Origin: Vicugna vicugna
Lineage: Eukaryota
Assembly: GCA_013265495.1 (NCBI GenBank)
Contig: MU058009.1
Location: 2,854,001-2,918,000, forward strand
Direction: 5' to 3'
Length of the DNA stretch: 64,000 bases
Position 1 is the first letter of the stretch; every line of letters starts with the position of its first letter. Shown piece after piece: positions 1 to 10,045 of the stretch. The notes under the pieces were generated by a model, which saw only the letters and a program-made list of their open reading frames with translations, was not told where the DNA came from and searched no databases. The position numbers were made by a program, and so were the translations under genes.

Positions 1-739
1 GGGGTGGACCAAGGATAGTTCTGGCTCCAGAAGGAACATTAACCAGAAGAGTTCACATCCCCACCCCCTTCTCCCTCCCTTTTCCACTGAAGCTTCAGTT
101 TCCCGGGCTGAGCCCCCAGGCAGAAATCCTGTTCCCCTCCCTTCTTGTGCTGATGCTGGCACTGCCAAGTTCTGCCAGGGCTGAACGCCAGGTTGGCAAG
201 GTGTCCGTGCCCCTGATCAGAACCAGCTGGGCGCACAGAAGTTGGGCAGCCCCTTTCCAGGTTCAACTCCCTGCAAACAATGTCTTTTACTTATGGCAGC
301 CTCAGTTCTGCAGGCACAGGGAATCTTTCCATCCCAGCTGCCTTTCCTTGGGAGCCTCTCAGGTCTGGAGACAGTAGAGGGCTGAGAAATGGGGGTTGCG
401 TGGATGTTCCTCCAAAATGTTCACTTATCATCTCCGTTGGGAGAGGCAGGTGTCTGGGGCGGGGGGTGCTTTAACCCACTTTCAGTTCGGGATGTGAGTG
501 GTTGGGGTGAGGGGAAGAAGCCCAGGACCTCCGCTGTAAACTGGAAGGGACAGACTGGGAGGAGCAGTTGGTAGCCCAGGTGCCAGAGGTTAAGAAAAGA
601 GTGACTTGACTGCTGCGCTCTCTCGGAAAGGAGAGAACCTTCTTTGGGGTGAGGAACGGGAAGGGTTTTCTCAGAAGGACTGGAAAGGGAAGACTCTGGA
701 GACTCTGGGAGGTGACTGGGGCCTCCAGGCAAGGCGAGT

Positions 740-1800
740 CCTACCTGCAGGTCGGCTCCGTAGAACCGAGCCATGGACGCATCGGCCACCAGCAGCGTTT
801 CCACGAAGCGAGCCTCAGATACAAACCGCTTGGTCCTACTCGTGGCGCCCAGTGTCGGTGGCAGCTCGCTGGCGCCTTCTGCCTCCTCTTCTTTGCTCTC
901 CTCGTCCTCCTTCTCCTCCTGTTCCTCGTCCTCGTCCTCCTCATGCGCGTGGGCTCCACTCTCCTGCCTCTGCCCCTCTCCCTTCTCCACCTCCCACTCG
1001 GGCGCTCCGGGCAGGGGCTGGGCTTCGGCGGCGGCGCGCCCGGGCCCCCAGCGCTGCAGGCGGTGCGGCTGGTGCAGGGAGTCCCCCGCGCCCTGCGGCT
1101 GGATGGTGAACTCCTCGCCGTCCAGCAGGAAGGAGCCGCTCAGCCCGCGGCACAGGCTGAAGGCCGCCAGCGACTCGGGCTCCCCGTTCACCGTGCCGGA
1201 GAAGAAGCAGCCGCGCAGCTCCCGCTCGCCCCCGGCCGCCCCGCCGGAGCCCCCGAGGCGCTCGATCTTGAACTCGGGCGCCAGGAAGCTGGCGTCGGGC
1301 GCCAGGCGCAGCACGAAGCCCTGGCCGAAGGCGGACAGGTGGAGCGCGAGCTCGCCCGCGCCGCTCGGCAGCTGCGTGGGCACCACCAGCGCCGAGGCCG
1401 GCCCCCCGCCGCCGGGCCGGGCCGGGGCGCCGCGGGACGGCGGCGGCAGCAGGAGCAGCGGCAGCAGCAGCAGGAGCGGCGGCCACAGGGGGGCGGCGCG
1501 GGGCATGGGGGCTGCGGCCGCGGCGCGGGAGAAGGAGGAAGCGGGCCCGGCGCGGGCAGGTGCGGGCGGCCCGGCAGCCGTCCCCGGGGGAAGGAGAGCG
1601 AGAGTGGGGCCGGGCGCGTGGCCGGTGGGCGCCTGGCGGCGGCGGTCCCCGGGCGGCCCCTCTGGCCGGCGCTGCCGCTGCTCCAGCTGAGCGCGAGCAG
1701 CTGGCGGCTGATCCGCGTGCGCGTCCTCCGCCCCCGCCTCCTCCCCACCCCGGGAAGCACAGAGCGGGCTGCCGAGCCCTTCGTATTTATACTTCCTTCC
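740..1800. promoter_or_regulatory. ADAMTS8: CpG island over ADAMTS8 exon 1 and promoter
   Basis: Very GC-rich, dense CpG; boundaries approximate. Confidence 0.9.
745..1506 (-). CDS. ADAMTS8: ADAMTS8 coding exon 1 (signal peptide, prodomain, furin site, start of metalloprotease domain); gene continues left of the window
   Basis: ATG at 1506 gives MPRAAPLWPPLLLLLPLLLLPPPSRG (signal peptide), LHLSAFGQGFVLRLAPDASFLAP, CFFSGTVNGEPESLAAFSLCRGLSG and RTKR|FVSEARFVETLLVADASMARFYGADLQ, ending at donor CAG|GTAGGA (GT at 744-743). 762 nt = 254 codons, phase 0. Confidence 0.97.
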
Positions 1801-1933
1801 CGGCTTTGACATAAGAGGTTTATTTCTGATCTCTCACTATTCCCGTTTCCCCTCCCCTGGGATCAGAGAGAGAAACTTAAAAGAGGGAGCGAGAGAGGAG
1901 AGAAAAAAATTTTGGATGAAATGTAAAACCAAT
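1784..1933 (-). promoter_or_regulatory. ADAMTS8: ADAMTS8 core promoter motifs: TATA box, adjacent ETS-like GGAA pair, CCAAT box
   Basis: Minus-strand GGAAGGAAGTATAAATA (TATAAATA at 1791-1784), implying a TSS near 1760; AACCAATCAG NF-Y-type box with CCAAT at 1929-1933. Confidence 0.6.
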
Positions 1934-4042
1934 CAGGAGTCAGCGGGACTCGCTCCCCCCTCCCCCGCATCCCCGTTAAATGTCAACTCCAGCTTTGCCC
2001 CCTTCCCTTTACATGGCCTCACATTAACTCCTGCAGTGCTGGACAGGCCCTTGCAGCGTCCTTGGGGAGACCCCTCCTCTGGGACGTTCCCTCCTCTGAG
2101 ACCAAGTGTCCAGCACACATCCCTCAAAAGGCTCCTGCACTGGCCCCAGCCACAGTGTCACTTCGAGGATCCGACAGTGCAGAAGAGAGGTCTCTGGGGA
2201 AGGTTCCAGAGCTCTTCATTGTAAAGCCAAAGAGGGAGATGGGAAAGGTTATACTAACATCAGGCTCTTTGCTGAAAACCACTTTTTCATCCCAAGCTGG
2301 AGACCCGGCGAAATGCCACCTGGTTAATGCAATGAAGGACTGTGTTACTGCCTGGCTGGGGGCTGGGGACTGATCCCTAGGCAGTGGCAAGTTATCAGAG
2401 AGGAGGTAGCAGCCAAGTGGAACCACCTCAGGGGCAAGTAAGTGCTTCACGAGGAGGGCAGCAGGGCTCCAGGAGCTGCATGTCTGTCCCTGAAAACTCA
2501 ACTGGAGTACTGCTTAGCCACCTGGGGGACCTCAGGAAAGGTGGGGAGCCCCCCTCACTGCACCACCCACGGCTGTGGGTACCAATGTGTGAGAGTTGAT
2601 TCGTTCTGTCCTACGACATCACCTCCTCCTGGGATGAGATGGGGCTGAAACCTGGAGAGGGGAATGGCATGGTCTCCAGTCCTCTGTCAGGACCGCAAAA
2701 CGCAGCACTGGGTCGCACCCCAGCCCTAATGCCGCAGGTCTGGGCGGGACTGCGGGTCCTGTTCTCTAAGGATAGGCTCTGGGCTGTCAGTGCAGTACAG
2801 TCCTGGGGATCCGGGCCCTTAGTCCTTTACTGGATCACCTATCCCAGTTCTCTGCCTGCGTAGGGGGCAGTGCTGACAGTCGGGGTGCGCCTGCTCCCTT
2901 TGGCCCGCCTCGCTCCGTCACTGACCGTGAGCGTGAGACTCTTAGGGCCTGTGGCCCCCAGAGAAAAGCCCCTCCCAGACGCACAAGTAGCTTTACGACT
3001 GCAGAACCCAGGCCGAGTCCTGCCAGCTCCCTCCGAGCGTCCCCTCTCTCTGCTTTCTCAGAAACACAGAAGGCTTTGACTTAGATGAAGGGAAGGGTGA
3101 GCGTTCTATCCCAGCATGCTGCCGGATCTTCTTTCCTGGATAATTTACAAGATAGGGATAACTGGAGTGTCGGATGTTTCAGGGAAACACTTCTGGAGGC
3201 AGGGGAATGGAAAGAATGGCCTCTTCAATCCTTTTCCAAAAATGAGCAAAACACTTCATCCCAGCACAGTGGTGTAATAGCGCTGGGGGAGTCTGACCCG
3301 GGAAGGCAGTGAGTAATCCCATTTGCTTCAGGCCTCTTGTAACATTTTTGATCATTGGTCTTTGCTTCTTGAAGCTTAAAGCCCCCTATTCCTCATCTCT
3401 CCAAGTAAAACTCCTGATTTTCAATAGGAAAGAGCCGTCAGGTCCTGTACGCTTTCCTTCTTTCTCCTCCGTAATCATCTGAGCAGAGTGGGAGAGAGCA
3501 GTTGTGCCCAATCCCCCTTCCTCCCACATGTGTATTGGTGGCTGCAGGTGGGGGACAGCCAGACCAGGGCAAGTCTTGAACGTCCTTGGGCCCCCCTGGT
3601 CTCGGCTGGAAAGGGTCTGGAAGTTGTTGTTTTTAAATAGAATGAAATGCCCCCAAAGACGGCTCTTTGGAAGTTCCTTTGCAAGAGATGTTGGGTAGTG
3701 ACCTCTGGACTTTGGGCTGAGCCTGTGTGGCTGCTCCTGCTCTGCCCTCCAGGATTCCCCCTTCTCCAGGGGTGGATGCGCTTTGCTGGTAACTCTGGGG
3801 GTGCCTGCCACTCACAGTGCATCCTGAAGGTGCCAGGCTTTCCTTAGCTCTGCTTTAACCTCATGCCCTTGATCCTGGGACTGAGACAGGGTCCCGTTTT
3901 TTTTGTGAGAGCCCTCCAGAGAATAGCAGGTGAAAACAGCACAAAACAGATGCAGCAGCCAGCCAGTGAAAATCCCAGAGGGGTGTCTGCCAGTGTGGAT
4001 TTCGTACGGTACCATGTTCTTTCCCAAAATACATAATTACAA

Positions 4043-4342
4043 CAGGAGCTGGCAAGCTATGGCCAGTGGCTAAATCTTGCACGCTGCCTGTTTTTGTATA
4101 GTCTACAAGCTAAGGATTCTCCCCTCATTTTTAAAATGATTGGAGAAATGAGAAAGAACAGTAGAATTTCACAATGCTTGAAGATGGTATGAAATTCACA
4201 TTCCATAAATAAAGTTTTACTGGAAGGCGGCTGCAGCCATTCATTTACACGTTGGCTCTTCTTGTGCTGTAAGGGCAGAGTTAAGTGCACCTAAAATATA
4301 TTTAGTATCTGACCCTTTGCAGAAACAGTTTACTGACCTCTG
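4043..4342 (+). mobile_element. MER58B-like hAT-Charlie non-autonomous DNA transposon
   Basis: Terminal inverted repeats CAGGAGCTGGCAAGCT...AGTTTACTGACCTCTG; internal CCATAAATAAAGTTTTA; 8-bp TSD AATTACAA (4035-4042) / AATTACAG (4343-4350). Confidence 0.85.
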
Positions 4343-4610
4343 AATTACAGTAAGGCAGCATTAACTTGGAGTCCTCAGATTTGGAATGAGGGATTATCTA
4401 GACTCAGTGTAAATGATTGATGTGAAGTAAGGAGCTCAACATAACTTCTTGCTCTGAACATGAAGGGGAATTTGTATGAAGAGTGAAAATGAAAATATCT
4501 GTGTCTGCCTTTAATTCTGTATCTAGCAACTCTTTATGATTTATTTAGTCCTTAAATAGTTAAAGGACTTTTGTGTTTATGGTATCTTATTCTGCAGGTC
4601 TATTATGCAT

Positions 4611-6073
4611 TTCAGGTTTTTTTTTTGAGTAAAGATTGATTTATTTACAGAGATACATACTGCATAGAGTGTAGGCTGTTTCAGAAGATGAGAGAAAGGC
4701 CATGAGGTGTGGGGTTGGGTGCTCAGGGTGAAGCAGAAGTGGATACACACTCCATAGCCAGAGTGCTGGCTGTCTCCGAAGATGATGGAGCGAGAGAGGC
4801 AGCCATGAGGCGCAGTGTTGCCAGTTTTTATGGGTTCGGTAGCTTTATATGCCAACAAGTGGGAGGACCATTCCAACCACCCTGGGGAAGGGGCTGAGAC
4901 TCCCAGGATTGGGCTACTGCCCACTCTTTGACCTTTTATGGTTGACCTCAAAGCTGTCATGGCACCCGTGGAAATGTCATTTTCCATGTCAATATATTAC
5001 AGTGAGTGTATAATGAAGCTCAAGGTCTACTGGAAGTCAGATCTCCCACCATCTTGAGCCTCAAGGTCTACTGGTAGTTGAATCTCCTGCCATTTTCGTG
5101 CTAATTGCTGTGTCATTCCTCGAATGGCCATGCCCTGCTTCCTTCCCTCCTGTCTAATATTCCCATAATCTCATGGGAGTGCAGAGGGGCAAGGGCCTTC
5201 TTCCGAAACTACTTCTGGGCTGAGTAGGAGTGTTTTACTGGCTGTCAGGGAGTGAAAATCTCTTAATGCCTGATCTAGGGGCCCAGGGGCAGGGCAGTCT
5301 TTGGTTTTTGTGTCAGAGAGTGATACGGGCTGGGATCCTCACATAGCCATCATCTGATGTGACTGTTGTAACCTGGAAGATACAAGCTTCACCAAGAGGT
5401 TAAAGAGAAAAAGAGTTTAAGGAAGAAGAGTAGGATTATGACTATTAATTGCAAATGAGACCACATGTTTTCATGCGCAGGTTTTTCCGTGCCACACATT
5501 ACGGATATAAAGATAAGCACTCACATAGGGCCGGATCTTCCCTGGGTTGCACTTGTCTTTGGGCCCTGATTTTGGGGAGTGCCATGTATTTCCATACATC
5601 CTGAAGATGTAATGAAAGATCTCAGAGCGGGTGAATTTTAACAAGGAAGCAGACATCTAGATCCATGAAGGAGGCAAGTTGTAAACACAACATGGGCACA
5701 GACATCTATTAGCATAAAATAGTTAAGTCCCGTAGTATTTTATGTCCTTGGCTTAGATGAGATGGTGGTGTATGTGGTTTTTACCCATGGTTTTCATAGA
5801 CTTCCTGTGAATCACTTTAAAGATGAAGCATCTTTATAACAGCAGTGTGACTGTCTATAATGACCAAAGACTTGAAAGGCATGGTTAAACACCTGTAATT
5901 GATAAAGAGAGGCTTGTTTACAATTACTAAAATTATGACTGATTATATTTAACTTAACATATCAAATAATCCTAGTTAATTTAATATCTAAGATGCCTCA
6001 GGGTTCCTTGAAAGCATCTCAAAGTTAGCTGGAGCTACAAAGAGCTTTTAGAATTTGTTAAATACTTAAAATC
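4611..6073 (-). mobile_element. ERV1-class 3' fragment (internal sequence, env tail remnant, U3-R) ending in poly(A): processed retrocopy
   Basis: Minus strand: env-like LFNLLVKLVSSRLQQSHQMM at 5407-5342; LTR start TTAGACAGG at 5157; AATAAA 4645-4640; A10 at 4626-4617; perfect 12-bp flanking repeat TCTATTATGCAT at 4599-4610 and 6074-6085. Confidence 0.8.
4627..5157 (-). mobile_element. LTR U3-R portion (no U5)
   Basis: CCAAT (4912-4908), TATAAA (4849-4844), 41-bp tandem duplication in U3 (5019-5059 / 5060-5100), poly(A) signal 13 nt before the A tail. Confidence 0.75.
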
Positions 6074-6574
6074 TCTATTATGCATGAAATTCTTTTCTCA
6101 GTATTTCTTTTCCACAAACCTTTTTTTTTTTTACTGAACACACATAAACTTATATTATTAGTAAGTGGTTATTTCTTAGTTTATCACTAGAGTTTTATGG
6201 AGTATATATTATAAATTTACAATGTATCCTAAGCTCTGGGGTTCTCTAAAATCTTCTTCCAGTTGGAAGAGCCATTGACAGTCATCTGATCCACTTCCAC
6301 TTGAATTTTGTAGAGAAGAAACAGCAATGCAGAGGTCTCAGTGGCTTACCCAAAAGCATAAGTTAATAGTGGTAAAATTTTTCCCAAAATACTATGGTAC
6401 CCCTTGCATGAACATTAAAAAAAACTTGTTTTGCTTTCAAATTTCATTTGCAGTTCATACCTTTTTGTTGAAAGTGAGTGCTTACTCTGGGCCAGGCATT
6501 GTTCTGAAGAGTCATTTAAATTTAATTTCCATTAAATCCTTGGTAATAATAGCACCCATCTTTGGACTGCTTGC

Positions 6575-6740
6575 TGTGGGCTAGGCACTGCCGAACTGTT
6601 TGCAAACATGATTTCCCTTCACCATTGTGACAACCTCTGAAAAGGCATCCTGCAGATAAAGAAATAGGTTTAGAGAGGTGAGGTAACTTGCTTAGGGGTC
6701 AGTTAATAAGTGCTGGGAACAGGGTTCTTAACCAAGGCAA
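6575..6740 (-). mobile_element. MIR SINE fragment
   Basis: MIR-core-like GCAGATAAAGAAATAGGTTTAGAGAGGTGAGGTAACTTGC; boundaries approximate. Confidence 0.6.
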
Positions 6741-7779
6741 CATTCACAAACTACCAATTAAATACAATATTTTTCTAGTGATGATGGCCTGCACTTTAAT
6801 TAGTGTTTCTTTGTTTAGAACCAGGGATTAATGTGGTATTACAGAGCTGGAGGGGCCTCTAGGATTTCATCATTAAAGATCTCAAAGAAAGGAATAAACA
6901 GTTTTTCTCAAAAGCTTGTCACGACATTTAAATATAGAGAGTTCTTTCTAAAGAAAGTAATAGACTTTTGGCCACAATTCATGTTCATTTTCTATAACTT
7001 TGGCTAAGTGCTGTGAGCCCCACATGGCCTATAGCAGAGAGAGGATTTCCTGGTCCTTCTCTGTCTCGCTAGTGAGCGCAGACCCCCGGCAGGCCCAGAC
7101 CAGGTTTGGTTTTTGACATCACTTCTGTGCTGACAGGCCTTTGTATTTCCTTTGGTATGCAGGCTTTTGTGATGCCACTTGTACGTGCATACAAGCATTC
7201 TTCTGTACTTTTATCTGTTTAATTCTTTCTCAGCCCTAAATAGTCTATCTTTTGGAACCTTTGGAACTGCACCCGGTATATAGAAAGTCATTAATGTGTA
7301 CTCTTGAGGCCGTTTTACTTTCAGTTTCCTAACTCGTGAAGCGCTGCCTGCTCTGGTGATTTTCCCTCCCTTGGTCTGGCCGTTCTGGTGTTTACAGACG
7401 GTCTCGATGGGCGCGCTCCCAGTCCTGTTGTTTATATCATGGAGAACCAGATCTGGCACAGACTTCAGTCCGACGTTGACGTCGACCTGCTTGCTGGCCA
7501 GACTAATTGATCTGAATACACCGAGAAGCAGCAAACCAACCAACCTTTTTGTTCCCACCATTTATGTGTTTGGTGACTAACTGCAAGTACTGAGCTCATT
7601 GTTGGGTACCCCAAATACAAGATTGCGCAAGATCCCACGTGGGGCGCCCCTGTGATGACAATTTGTGATCGCTACTGTAACCAGCTAGTTACTTGCACAT
7701 TTCCAGTCTTACACCTGCAGTAACAGTGGCCACGATGATGACTAGCAGAGGTTCGGGTCATGCTTGTTTTATCACCAAA

Positions 7780-7798
7780 TGGCCAGCAGGTGGCGTTG
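7780..7798 (+). promoter_or_regulatory. CTCF-binding motif
   Basis: TGGCCAGCAGGTGGCGTTG, a close match to consensus TGGCCASYAGRKGGCRSYR. Confidence 0.65.
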
Positions 7799-8319
7799 TT
7801 CAACATGGTATTTATCCTCTTACCATTTTTTTCAGAGCAACTTTTTCAAAAGTTAGAAATTTCTATCATGTCATGCAAGTCTGAGACAGCAGCCCTTCAA
7901 AATTATATACATTAAAAAATCCGAGTGTCCATTAGATTTCTTACAACCAGTCCCTGGAGAGGACTGAAAGAGGTGCTGTGCAGTGTCCTGTTTGCCGTAT
8001 CCTGTTCTTCCCCTCTTCCCTCCACCCTGTCTTCACCTTGACTTCTGGTCTTCATCACACCAGTGTCTCTCCACCCTAGTTATCTGGCGATCTTGGAGAG
8101 AGCTGGCCAAGCCGAGGTGTCTCTAGGGCCCAGGACCACCTTAATTGTGAGGATAGATTGGTTTCCGTGCAGCCTTTAATTATTAATGAAAGCAGTACAT
8201 CCCCCCACATCTTCATTATTGATTCTAACCACCAGGTGGGAGTCTCGTCACATTTACACTTCTAGCTGCTGCAAGAGGGTCCGAAATCTCTCCAAACCAT
8301 GGGTCTAATTAACATCTGA

Positions 8320-8320
<1 letters not shown>

Positions 8321-8354
<34 letters not shown>

Positions 8355-8381
8355 GAGGCATGCAGACACACACACACACAC
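8321..8381. repeat. Interrupted (CA)n microsatellite
   Basis: (CA)15 at 8321-8350 and (AC)8 at 8366-8381. Confidence 0.95.
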
Positions 8382-10000
8382 TTAATAGTATAGTTTATTG
8401 TACTAACTTGCATCCATTTCTCCTTGTTTTAGAGGGAAGAAAAGAGAGATGAAGGGAAGGAGCCGGGATTTCAGAATGGAAGGCGACTTCTCAGAGCAGG
8501 TGAAGCACTTATTCAGGGTCATCAAGGGACTTGATCTAAACACCACCTACTTTTCATAAATCTGTTGGCAGCGAATTAGGATGGGCAGTGCCAAGAAGAG
8601 TGTCTGGCACACAGTGGGCGTAGGGAGCGGTCACTGTTGTCTGTCATGTCATTGTCGAGCTTATGTCCCCGACCTCGCCCGTGGATGAGTCGTCAGTCAC
8701 CTGGAGTTTCTCCCGGCCCCGTCCCCTCACCCTCAGCGTCTCCGATCTTTAGGGTTATCCCAGGTGCCCCCTGACCTGCTGCTCTCAGGCACAGAAGGGA
8801 GTCCAAGTCATGAACACTTTGGTTCCATAGCAAGTATTCCTAGGAGTGTCTGAATTTTGAGAGACCCCAGGAAGGAGAACCACAAGAAATGAAAAACTGT
8901 GTGGGAGCGTTTCAGACGCTGTGGCTGCAGATGCGTGAGGACTCGGGGGCCAGGGGCACAAGTCAGGGCACCCGCACGGGTGTTGAAGGAGGAGTTTTGG
9001 GTTGGCTGGGGGATGATGCTGTGAGAACTTTAGGGCTCCATCCACTCTGTTTTCCAGGTTTTCTTGAGCAGTGGAGGACATGAGCATTCTCTTGCTTCTG
9101 GATAAAAAATCCAGGTTTTTTTCCTCTTAGACATCTAGGCCTGGTGCAGGCTGTGCAGCTGTCCACCAGTCCCACCTCCTCGGGTCACAGGGCTCATTTC
9201 TCTTCTTCAGAACACTCTTCCTCGCTGTCCTCTGTCTGGAGGCTCACCAAGTTGGATTACAGAATTTAAAGAGGAATGTGGACGTCAGGTGTGGATGGTG
9301 GGGCTCACCTCTCCGTCCTCACTCTGCAGACAGGGAGGCCGAGACCTGCAGGGACATCCTTCTCCCCGTGTCACACAGCTGGTTGACAGATAGGAGACTC
9401 AGGGCTGGCATGTGGGTTCTCAGCCCAGTGTCCTCTCCAGGTCACACTGAATGCCACTCTCTCTTGCAGAGCAGAGCCTGAGCTCAGAGGGTTTGTGTGA
9501 CACGCCCCAGGTCTCAGCGCTGCCTGGAGGTGGACTTGGCAGTAGCATCCTGGTCTGCGAGGTGCAAGGGATGTGCTGTCATATTTCAACATCCTTCATC
9601 CCCCAGGCTGTGATCTTCACCCCGAACTCTTCCTTGATGGATTCGCCGTTTCTTCAGTAAAAGAACCTCCCATTAAGGAGGAATTCAAAGTATTTAGCCA
9701 TATTTAGTGACTTAAACAAGAGAGGGTTTCACCCCATGTGATACTGTCTAAGAATGGGGAGGTGTCTTCCGAATGCCTCAAAAGGTGATGGGGAAACAAG
9801 GCCTGAGGACTCAGGAAGAGAGTGGAATTTAGAGCAGCCACGCAGCAAGAGAGGAAGGGGGGGCACAGGGACGGAGGGCCTGGTGTACCTGCGTGGAAGG
9901 TTTATTAGCATTGACACTTGGAAACGTTGAAGGCTTTTTTCCATATCTTGCTGTGTGTGCGCGCACCGATTCATACTCATACAGCCCCCCTCTCTACCTA

Positions 10001-10008
10001 GTGCGCGT

Positions 10009-10043
<35 letters not shown>
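10001..10043. repeat. (CA)17 microsatellite with GTGCGCGTG lead-in
   Basis: Direct reading; 43 nt of alternating purine-pyrimidine. Confidence 0.95.

Positions 10044-10045
<2 letters not shown>

Noticed and set aside
421..744. C-terminal part of the 463-aa ORF
   Set aside because: Read-through into ADAMTS8 intron 1 past the GT donor; no ADAMTS-like sequence.
649..1809. 386-aa and 305-aa plus-strand ORFs antisense to ADAMTS8 exon 1
   Set aside because: Shadow ORFs of a GC-rich coding exon; no recognisable domains.
1507..1812. 102-codon in-frame upstream extension of ADAMTS8 from ATG 1812
   Set aside because: That ATG lies upstream of the TATA box (1791-1784), and the signal peptide starts at 1506; the open frame is explained by GC richness.
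7211..7561. 116-aa ORF with a signal-peptide-like start
   Set aside because: No recognisable family or supporting gene structure.
9952..10017. Hairpin between TGTGTGTGCGCGCAC and GTGCGCGTGCACACA
   Set aside because: Complementarity comes from simple dinucleotide repeats; not miRNA-like.
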